Source: Macrostomum lignano (taxonomy: Eukaryota). From it: a stretch of 64,000 bases of DNA. How positions within the stretch are numbered: position 1 is the stretch's first letter; each line of letters opens with the position of its first letter. Both the position numbers and the translations under genes were made by a program. Positions 11,101 through 21,700 of the stretch are shown piece after piece. The notes under the pieces are model-generated. The model had not been told where the DNA came from. It searched no databases and saw only the letters and a list, made by a program, of their open reading frames with translations. The stretch lies in NCBI GenBank assembly GCA_002269645.1, contig NIVC01002751.1, positions 79,361-143,360 on the forward strand, read 5' to 3'.

Positions 11101-12571
11101 AGTTGTGTCTTTATTCCCTGTCTCAGTTGTGTCTTTATCCCCTGTCTCAGTTGTGTCTTTATCCCCTGTCTCAGTTGTGTCTTTATCCCCTGTCTCAGTT
11201 GTGTCTTTATTCCCTGTCTCAGTTGTGTTTTTATCCCCTGTCTTAGTTGTGTCTTCATCTCCTGTCTCAGTTGTGTCTTTATCCCCTGTCTCAGTTGTGT
11301 CTTTATCCCCTGTCTCAGTTGTGTCTTTATCCCCTGTCTCAGTTGTGTCTTTATCCCCTGTTTCTGTTGTGTTTTTATCCCTTGTCTCAGTTGTGTCTTT
11401 ATCCCCTGTTTCTGTTGTGTTTTTATCCCTTGTCTCAGTTGTGTCTTTATCCCCTGTTTCTGTTGTGTTTTTATCCCTTGTCTCAGTTGTGTCTTTATCC
11501 CCTGTCTCAGTTGTGTCTTTATTCCCTGTCTCAGTTGTGTTTTTATCCCCTTTCTTAGTTGTGTCTTTATCCCCTGTCTCAGTTGTGTTTTTATCCCCTT
11601 TCTTAGTTGTGTCTTTATCCCCTGTTTCTGTTGTGTTTTTATCCCTTGTCTCAGTCGTGACTCTCGCTATCCATATCTCAGACTTGAGCTCATTGCCATC
11701 AACACCGAATCCCGCACGCGAATCCCCGTGTCAGGTGAAGCGCCCAGGCGACAAGCCGGTGAAGTGCACGGTGCTGCTGATGCTGGACCAGCAGCCGCCG
11801 CAGTTCCGCCTGCAGCCGCAGCTGTCCCGCCTGCTCGGCATCCAGTCGGGCACGAAGGCCCAGATTCTGCTAGCATTCTGGCACTACGTGAAGACCAAAC
11901 GGCTGCAGGATCCTCAGGAGCGCAGCTATATTGTCTGCGATACCGGCATGGCCGAAGCCTTCCGGCTCGATCCGCAGCAGCAGCCGCCGCCGCGGCTTCG
12001 CTTTGCCGACGTGCCTCAGCGCCTGCACCAGCTGCTGCTGCCGCCAGATCCCATTGTGATTAATCACCTGATCTCCAACGAGCCCGGCGCTAAGAAGACC
12101 GCTTGCTACGAGATCGAAGTTGAAGTTGACGATCCCTACAAGCAGATGGCGCACAGTTTCTTAGTTAACACGTCCAGCGCCCAGGAGCTGGCCATCATCG
12201 ATGCAAAACTGTTCGACACCATTGAGCAGATCAACCAGATGGCCCAGCACCGCGACTTCTTCAACCAGTTCACCGAGGATCCGCGCCAGTTCATCACCAG
12301 CTGGCTAGTGTCGCAGAAGCAGGACTTGAAGACTATGACGGATCTGGTTGGCAACCCCGAGGAGGAGAGGCGGGCCGAGTTCTATCAGGACAGCTGGCTG
12401 CACGAGGCCGCCACTCGGTACTTCTCTAGCAAGGTGAGAGACTCTCGGAATTGTGCATTCTAGTGCAGTTTTGAATCAGCTTGAAGTCTCCAGTTTCTCT
12501 GCATTTTAACTTTACACTTTCAGGTAACTCAGCGTCGCCAGGAACTTGAGCACGCTCTCGGAATTCACTAA
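8151..12571 (+). CDS. SMARCD1: SWI/SNF (BAF) subunit SMARCD/BAF60; exons 8151-8717, 9279-9614, 11735-12433, 12524-12571 (~549 aa)
   Basis: Close match to remembered BAF60: KLEKKLDQ|[49 protein letters not shown]|VKRPGD, SWIB region, [39 protein letters not shown]. All three introns GT-AG, phase 0. AATAAA at 12620. Start codon uncertain (8151, 8160 or 8205). Confidence 0.97.
8809..8925. repeat. 16-bp minisatellite, ~7 copies, SMARCD intron 1
   Basis: Unit TTCGAGCTTGGGGAGT. Confidence 0.9.
9036..9135 (-). repeat. Four degenerate inverted copies of the intron-2 24-bp repeat, in SMARCD intron 1
   Basis: Reverse complement reads gtgtctttacccgtctctcagat/gtgtctttatttcctatctcagtg/gtgcctatatcccctgacttagtt/gtgtcttaatcccttgtctctgtt versus consensus gtgtctttatcccctgtctcagtt. 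Confidence 0.85.
9615..11655 (+). repeat. 24-bp minisatellite, ~85 copies, filling SMARCD intron 2
   Basis: Unit GTGTCTTTATCCCCTGTCTCAGTT, beginning at the splice donor; variant units recur with a 360-bp higher-order period (9681/10041, 9777/10137, 9921/10281). Confidence 0.98.
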
Positions 12572-15500
12572 CAATCTCCTTAGTCTCTTCGGCAATCTGT
12601 AACTTTAATTTTATTAAATAATAAACAGTTGAGCCGACCTGTTTTCTCTGCGTGTTGAAATTTTATTCTTATCCTATTTATCGCTTAATTATCGCTTTTC
12701 TTGTTGTTGCACCAGCTATGTTTTACAAGCAAGTTAATTATAATTAATACTGTTTTTCCCAGTGCTGTATATGTTGCAATATCTTCTTGTGTGTTTAATC
12801 AATCGTACATGCGTCCTTGTTACCTTAATTTTTATATAATTTATCATAATCGGTAAAACCGTGCTCGTAGCAACATCTCCGCTATAGAAGTCTAGTAGTT
12901 TGTTATTAATTTTAATTTCTGTAAAATATCGTTTACAATTTTGTTTATTATAATCTAGTATGTATTTCATGTTACAAAAATTAATTACAACTAATCAACG
13001 TTATGCAATTTATGCGTTTCATTATCACTAAATATTTAACAACTAAATAACATTTGTTTTAAAATATACCAGCCACTTATAATAACTCAGACTACATTTA
13101 TGATTGTTGTAACCAAAATTATTACAATTCGATCATAATCGTTTTCATTGTTTTCATTATTGCAACCCGTTTAATTAAATCCGCTTATGGCAAACATGTG
13201 CAATGGTAATATGGGATACGTATATGGTGTATGGTCCTATATACTTATGTGAGTTCAAGTACATGTATCCCTGTCTATAATACAAATGTCCTTATACATG
13301 TATATTGTCTAGCAAGTGTTCAGTTACATGCTTGAGCTAGTTTTATTTGCTTCATAAAGCATGATCGTAACTTCATAAGTATCATGATCTAATCAGCTAC
13401 GTAGGGAACATGTAGTTGGAAGTGCCCAATAATAAATCATTGGTTGCGGGTATGACCAGGCAGTGAGCAGGGCAGAGTAAGAAAATAAAAAATACAGCTA
13501 GCTTTGTCTATCGGACATATTTTGGTTTTTTCCGACTGCACAAAGTACTTCCGACTTTAACGAATAACTGTAACGAATGATGTTTCAAGTGCCAAGTTCT
13601 ATCTCCTCCGATTCAGAGGTTTGAAAATTAAGCATTTAAACAAAATCATATAGTTTCTTTTAATATTAAATTAGGATTTAAGCTTGAAAGCTTTTAAGCA
13701 AAAAAATGTTTTAAAATGGTTTACCAAATATTTTTGTGCACTGCAACACTAAATATCTATATTTTTTTCGCCTACATTATAGAATTTAAATTGTGGGATA
13801 ATTGTAACACAGTTTTTAAATAATTAATTGTCTTGGAAAATGCATCACGCGTATTTTAGTTCCAGGTTCTACATTTTATATGGAGAATGACAAACACAGA
13901 CTACAAAAAAGCAAAAAATGTAGAATTTCTGATTAAAAAATTAAATTTACCAAGCTTTTCAAAACTTTGTGTGAAAAATGTAGCTGAACGCCACAAAGTA
14001 AATAAGCAGTAAAGCAGGAGGAACATCGACATAAACATGAGGAATGTACACAATGGCAATGCCAGTAAGGCAATTGTTAAATGTTATCGATTTAAATTAG
14101 GAATCTAAAACATAGGAGTTTTTTAAAACTAGAATACAAGTGCTGATCTTAGACTCAGGAAATAGGAATATCTATAAATAAGTTACAATGCAAGTCCAAG
14201 TCCAAAATGGAAATATTTATTAGAATTAGTTTTTGCTAGATTACAGTTCAATATAGTTTCATAAAGTTAGGCCTATATTTTATAATTTTCTTTATCATAT
14301 TAATGATAGCAGTAGCTGCAGTATGCATTTAATTTATTTTCTGTTTGTGGTGTAGCTACAATTTTTTAGGGTGCTATTTACTTTGTCTTTAGCACTATCT
14401 ACAAGAAAGATGAGGTATAAATTAGAGGTTTTTTCTAGAAATTTTGGGTAGAGGGCAGGTCTTCTAGCACTCTGGCTATGCCACTGATTTTTGTTCATCT
14501 CTTAGTCAAAATATAGCAATTAATCTGGTCTATATCAGCTGGTTTTATTATCAATATTATATTATTATTATATGCCAACTAAAATTTAGTCTAGAGACAG
14601 ACCTAAATAAGCATTAAGATGGCTTTACTAGTATATCTATGTCCTAAGCTATATATTATACTATATTAGATTGCACAGGATGATGCTATTCTGAAGCTTT
14701 GCGGGAGGTACAATTGTTGTAGGCATTGCAGTTTAACCTACCATTGGCTGAAAAATGCAAAAAACAGTTATAATAATTTAGAGTTGGAATCTGAAACCAT
14801 GTCCATGTTGAATTAATGCTAAAATACACAATAGGGTGATTTTTTGTTTATATGCCAATTACACACTGCTCATTAATTATGTACCATACTTGTCATGCTT
14901 GAATTGATTAATAATTCAATAGAATATGGATATGTATAATGCATGTTAGTATAAAAGTTACAATATATAAAACTATGTTATATATACTAAATGAACTAAT
15001 TAATTAAGGTCTAAGACAAAACAAAACTATGTTATCCTATATACAAAATAAGTTGAAAGTATTTTAGAAATAGAAATTTATATTTGAAATTGTAGAGATA
15101 ATTCATGATTATTTTAAAATGAAATTTTTGTACCAAATGTTTATAATATTAGTTTGTTAGTTATATTGTTTATTTTCAAAAACTATATTAGCATAAATTT
15201 AAACAATAGATATATTTAATTAACTTATTCTAAGTTTATTTATTTAATCCTTTCATTCTGAATTGTGCCAATAGTCAAATAGCCTAATACTACTTTGTAT
15301 ATATGCCAATCAATATTTGCAATTCTGATCAATGTATATTCATATATCCAAGGTTAAAGCAGACAATGTGCATATATGCATGATCTACAATATTATATAT
15401 TATATGTCCTTATTATTCCTTTTATTCTACTCAAATATTGACCATTTTCAAGATCATGGCATCATATGCCAAATGATAAAATATGGTTTAAACAACTATA

Positions 15501-15739
15501 CTAAAATAAAAAATCTATACTACTACGGAAACTATTAGAAAATGTACTAATCTTTGCTACTTCTATCTAGTATGTATTTTACATGGATACCAACTATTCT
15601 ACTTGGAACTTCTACTTATACTCTGTATAAAATATTCTCAAAAATTCATCTTAGGCTATAATTTTAGAGCCATAGTTTAAGACTTTATTTTTTCTTCTCT
15701 GACAGTTCTAAAGGAAAATTTAATTTATGCAGCATAATT

Positions 15740-18700
15740 ATGCTTGGCAACGCTCCAGCAAGACGCAGCCAGTATTTGGCAATGCCAGCTGTTAAGGAAG
15801 CCAGCCGCCTGTCTAGTGGCTCATCGCCGCAGCATCAGCAGCAGCAGCAGCAGGAGGTCAGCAGTAGCGCCAGCGGCAGCAGTAGCAGCAGCAAGGACCA
15901 TCCCGACGCTCCTGTGATTGTTGGCAGCGGCGGAGGCGGCGGTCATTTCAGCACCTGGAATCCGCCGCTACTCCAACTGAGCCCAGCACTGAGTCCAGCC
16001 CCTTCTCAGCCACTGCTGCCGTTGCCTCCACCTCCGCCGCCTCCTCCCTATGACCTGCGCGAGAGGCCGCGGCGCCGTCACCTGTCAAGCCTTGGTGAGG
16101 ATTTAAGAAAAAATGAAATTCAGGAAATACATTGAGAAGCGCTTGAAGTTGTTGCGTAACTGGCTGCAATGTTTTTGTTCCATTTTTCCATCTGGAATTC
16201 TTTTCTCTCAGCTCAGCTCCGACTCGCCCTCTTTTTTTATTCTATTGATTTCCATTTTTTGATTTCTTAATTTTTTAAAGAACTTTAGTGCAACCTAGAG
16301 GCTAGAGCCATATTGCATGCATAGAGCTTGGTTTTTAATCAATAATTAATGAAATAATTAATTATTCGGCTTCGGTTCCGATCTCTATTATAGCTGGGCT
16401 TCTCGTATGCCAGATAATATATTTTTTACTATATATATGTACGGCCATATGCAGTAGAAGGCGCATAGAAAATCTGCCTAGCTCTAGCTAGTCCCCTGCA
16501 GCCTGCCTACCTACATCGCATTCAGTTCAGTTCTATTCAGGCCAGCCAAAGCCCATGCTTTCAGGCGGAGGCCCGGGGTCTTTCTCCCTCTCCCTCTCTC
16601 AACATGCCCTGCGCTGCCCCGTATAGCAGCCTTACATAGCCAGAGCTAGCGTTGTGCCGGGGCTTAGGCCCGGAGCGCTGCAAGCACGCATGCTAGATTG
16701 GGGGGGGTTTGAGGGCAGGGAGAGGAGACGGAGGATCGCCACGGGGGGTGGGGAGATGCCTAGTCCAATTGTACACCACAGCGCGAGGGGGGCTGTCGGG
16801 AGAAAGAGGGAGATTCTGGGGAGTGCCTAGAGGGAGGCCTGGAGGGGCTTGGATGGAGCGGGGAAACCCTACACGCCTTGCCCAATCCCGCGGGCTCTGC
16901 AGTTTCGATGGGGAGGCAGAACGGAAGGATGCAATAGGCATGGGGTCCTCTCTCCGTATATATTAAATAGAACACAGGGCTTGTGGAACTCCCAATTCCC
17001 CCCTTTAACTACGGTCCCTCCGTTGACCCGCAAACTTTTCCTCCCAAGTCCTTTGCCTTTATCCCTTGCATTAGTAAAATGTCTATGACCAAGGTGGTGT
17101 CCCCGGACAGGGGGCTCGGTAACTCTCAGTCCCGCCGGTCCCGCCTTCGGCATCGGCGCCAACAACAGCAACAACAACAGTTGATGCGCGGCGATCCAGC
17201 GGCCTCCGACTTCTCGACTGGATCCCTTGAGGCTGTTGGTAAGAGAGGCCACTCATTGTCATTGGGTGGCTGGATTGGTTGAAAATTTTTTGAAGACAGA
17301 GGAGCCAACTCGAGGGCGCCATGTATGTATGTCGGGCGAATAGGGGGCGCCATATTCTATGCAGGCGAGTAGGGGGGCGCCATTATGTATGCAGGCGAGT
17401 AAGGGGGCGCTATATGTATGTAAGCGAGTAGGGGGCGCCAATATGTATGTAAGCGAGTAGGGGGCGCCATTATGTATGCAGGCGAGTAAGGGGGCGCCAA
17501 TATGTATGTAAGCGAGTAGGGGGCGCCATTATTTGCAGTCATACTCTGCAGGAGGAATTAGTAGTAGGGCCAGGTGCACCATCAGCTGTGGAAAGAAATG
17601 GTTGGCAGTCGATCAGTACAGGAAGCCAAGCTGCTTGGTTGATGTGCGTAACGCAATAAGTAGGGCTTCGTAATTCGAACTCCCACGAAGCTGGAACGAG
17701 CCCATTCGTGTTGTTGAGTCTGCCGACCGACTAATAAAGAGAAAGAACTGGAGAGTTTTCGGTGTTCGAAACGGCTGGACAAAATGACTGACGTCTCCCT
17801 GTGTGTGTCTGCCTTTGTGTGCGTGTGTGTCTGATTCCGGTGCTGCGTCCCGTGTTGCCAGGGCGGCTCTGAGTCTTCCCTTCTCTCTGTGTGAGCCGGA
17901 GGGCCCCCGCCCGCGCGCTAGACCTCCCCGTCCGTCCGTCCACCCGCCCATTACTTTAGTCCGCTTCTAAAGCCTCTGCTCTTAGTTGCCTAGACCGAGT
18001 GAGAGCGTTAGAGTGGCCCCGCGAGGGTGGTCCCCATTTGCGATACTGCTCCACTGGGCTTGGGGCTTCTCTTCTTTCCTCTCCTGCCTCTCCAACCCCC
18101 CTACTGCACCCCCCCCCCGGCCATGCGACCGGCTCCGCTCAGTCTCTCAGTGACTCACGCGGTACACGGTGGGAGCGGAGCTCCGGCCTGCAAGCTAGAA
18201 ACGAGAGAAGAGAGAAAGAACGGAAAAAATTCTCTCCGAGTCGCTAGGAAAGGGGAAGAGGGAGGAAAGGGGGAGCTTTGAAGGCCTTGGTTTACGAAGA
18301 GAAGAGAAAACCCCGTGGAGGTTGCCACGCTCCCGGCCCGTGTGTAGCTCAGGGGGTTGGGTTGGGTAGACTCTACCTCCTCCCCTCTGCTGTCTGCCTG
18401 CTCCGGCCTCCGGCTGCTGCTGCCGCTGTTTCCCGCTGAGTCCCGAGTCCTATCCTCGACCCTTTCCTACTCTCTCTCCTACTTTGCAACCTAACTCTCC
18501 TTGCCACGTTCCCGCCTTTTTACATTTCCTTTGCAACCGTCTGTGTCTTCTTGCTTCTCAACTGTACCTCTTCTGATCTGGGATATAATTCTGAGTTCTG
18601 ACTCAACTTCATCTAGGCGGGTGGGTTTCTAGCGTTACTATTTCTAATGTTGTAACACTTCTAATAGATCATTTTGAACCGGGATTTCGGGATTCGGAAT

Positions 18701-21700
18701 TGGCGGAGTGGCTGAAGGATTCGAATTAGATTAGTGATCAGGATCTTTAAAATTAGGGATCGGATTTCTAGACCAGTGATCGGGATTGGAGGCTTAGAGA
18801 TCGGGATTCTAGAATGAGTGATCGGGATTCTAGAATTAGTGATCGGGGTTCTAGAATTAGTGATCGGGGTTCTAGAATTAGTGATCGGGATTCTAGGATT
18901 AGTGATCGGGATTCTAGAATTAGTGATCGGGATTCTAGGATTAGTAATCGGGGTTCTAGAATTAGTGATCGGGGTTCTAGAATTAGTGATCGGGGTTCTA
19001 GAATTAGTGATCGGGATTCTAGAATTAGTGATCGGGATTCTAGAATTAGTGATCGGGGTTTTAGAATTAGTGATCGGGATTCTAGAATTAGTGATCGGGA
19101 TTCTAGGATTAGTGATCGGGATTCTAGGATTAGTGATCGGGAATCTAGGATATTAGTGATCGGGGTTCTAGAATTAGTGATCGGGATTCTAGAATTAGTG
19201 ATCGGGGTTCTAGAATTAGTGATCGGGATTCTAGAATTAGTGATCGGGATTCTAGGATTAGTGATCGGGATTCTAGGATTAGTGATCGGGATTCTAGGAT
19301 TAGTGATCGGGATTCTAGAATTAGTGATCGGGATTCTAGGATTAGTGATCGGGATTCTAGGATTAGTGATCGGGATTCTAGGATTAGTGATCGGGATTCT
19401 AGAATTAGTGATCGGGATTCTAGGATTAGTGATCGGGATTCTAGAATTAGTGATCGGGATTCTAGGATTAGTGATCGGGATTCTAGAATTAGTGATCGGG
19501 ATTCTAGGATCTATTCATATTCCGTATTTGGTATTTAAGATAAAAAATCGGATTGGGGTCATCGCAATTTGATCCTGTAATCTGTCTGCTTTGCCTGAGA
19601 ATCGTGTCCCGACAGTTTTGTCATTGTGCATTTTTTGTCATCTTTTGGCAGAGCTGGCTAGCGAATGGCTGCACCGACTCACCCCAGTGGCGGCCGCCGC
19701 AGGTGCCGCCGTAGTCCCGTCTGCCGCCGCCGCGACGGCGCCGCTTTTGCCGCCGCCGCCGCCGGCGTCCTCCGCAATTGCCGCCGTGACCAGCGAGAAC
19801 AATTGCGGTGCTGGCCGGCACCTCACTGGCAAGGTGGGAAGCGCTCGTTGGATTAACTGACTACCAAGGAACGAATAGTTATTATGGGTATTCCAAGAAA
19901 TAAATCAACTTATTCGCTAACTATCCATACAATCAGGGTACAGACGCGGCTCCGCCGTCGCGCAAGAAGCTCCGCCTGTCGTCCAGCAGCGTAGCAGCGG
20001 ATGTTAATTTGGCCAGCGGCCAGACTTCCTCGCAACCGCAACCGCCGTCCGCCGTAGCAGCCGGGGCCGCCGCCTGTCCCCGCGGCGTAGACGAGCCGAC
20101 GGGAGCGTCCTGGGCTGCGGCAGCCGCTGCGGCAGCGGCCGCTGCTGCTTCGCTGCACCGATCGGCGGCCGCTCCCGCGCCCGGCGGTGCCGCCACTGCA
20201 TCTGCGGCCTTCGCCGGCCCGTCTTTCTCTGCCTCGGCTTCCTCGGCGTCGTCTTCTGCAACTTCTAGACGCAACGGCGGCGCGAGCGGGTCGCTGGGTC
20301 ACCAGCAAAGAGCCAGGTAAATACTTTCTTATACTGAGATTTTTGGCATCTGTGTACTGCTTCTGGAACCTCTTATATATGCTTTTTGTTGGTACTTGCC
20401 ATGGCGCCCCAACTAGCACTCTGAATGGCGTCCCAACTAGCACTCTGAATGGCGCCCCAACTAGCACTCTGAATGGCGCCCCAACTAGCACTCTGAATGG
20501 CGCCCCAACTAGCACTCTGAATGGTGCCCCAACACTAGCACTCTGAATGGCGCCCCAACTAGCACTCTGAATGGCGCCCCAACACTAGCACTCTGAATGG
20601 CGCCCCCAACTAGCACATTTCGTGACACATTTATCCCAGAATGGACAGTTTAACTAAAACTGCTTAGCACATTGTTTATCAATAGGCAAAAGAATTGCAG
20701 AGCGCAGCAATAATTTAATGCAGTTATTAGCATTTTGCTTTAGATAAACTAATTATGCACGCGTAAGCTATTTCACGTTGAGAGAATTGATTGCGTAATT
20801 TATCTCTGCATTGGGTCGGCAGTCTGGCATTCCTATCGAAAAATCTTTCTCTCTCTCTCTCTGGATGCGTCTCCGCTTTCAACACATTGCTGCGTATAAA
20901 AGCGCGCCAAATTCGAGTCTTTGTTATTTGTTAGTACTTCAATCGAGCTACAAAGACCGTCAGCACGACCCCCCAGACTAGAGAGATAATAAATCTATTG
21001 ACCAGTTGGTAAGGTGAATTCCGATACCGACAAAAAACAAAGCTATCGATTGTATGTATATAATTTATGCTCGCATGTTCGAGTTATATATTTATGTGCC
21101 GGCCAGCACAGACCTGCGGACAAGGAACCTTGGCTTGCGGCATCTGGCCTACTGGGTTGCAGGTTTAGGGGGGGGGAGGTTGGGCTGCAACAGCCCGTCT
21201 GAACTCTCTTTTTATTGTGAAGAAGAAGTCAAACTTGACTTCAACCCTGGTGCACCCCCCACCCTCACCAACTTGCACGGTCCTGCACCTCCCTCTCTTG
21301 CCTGTAGCATCTACCCCCCCCCCCGCGCATTGCTAATACAAGTGTCCACGTGCCTTCCTGGAGGGCCCCAATCGTGCCTTCCCTATCTCTCTCTCTCAAC
21401 CCTCCGCCAATGCTGTGTGTGCGGGCGGCGTGCGCAGGCCTGTCTGTATTGGGGCTTGGGCCGGCCCGGCTCGGGGCTGGCAGAACCGCGGGCGCCGCGC
21501 ACACAATGACTAAACAGCTGCCCGCCCTGCTTGCTGTTGCATAGGCTGCATGTATATATGTATATAAAAGGCATGGGAATGGCAGTCAAGACGCCCGAGA
21601 ATTCTACTATCGGCTACTACTACTATACTAGAAGAATAATACACTCGATCTATATTGGCTGGCTTGTACTCGGAGAGATGCAGCACCAGCAGCAGTTGGA

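Noticed and set aside
9463-12463. 866-aa Cys-rich, 948-aa Ser/Val-rich and 558-aa antisense ORFs
   Set aside because: Read-through of the 24-bp intronic array; BAF60 homology jumps cleanly across it at GT-AG sites.
14440-14490. Isolated hAT-like right end CTGGCTATGCCACTG
   Set aside because: No matching left end or TSD found nearby.
18730-19510. Heat-shock element array (TTCTAGAA in many units)
   Set aside because: Only two inverted nGAAn units per site; neighbouring pentamers do not fit a third.
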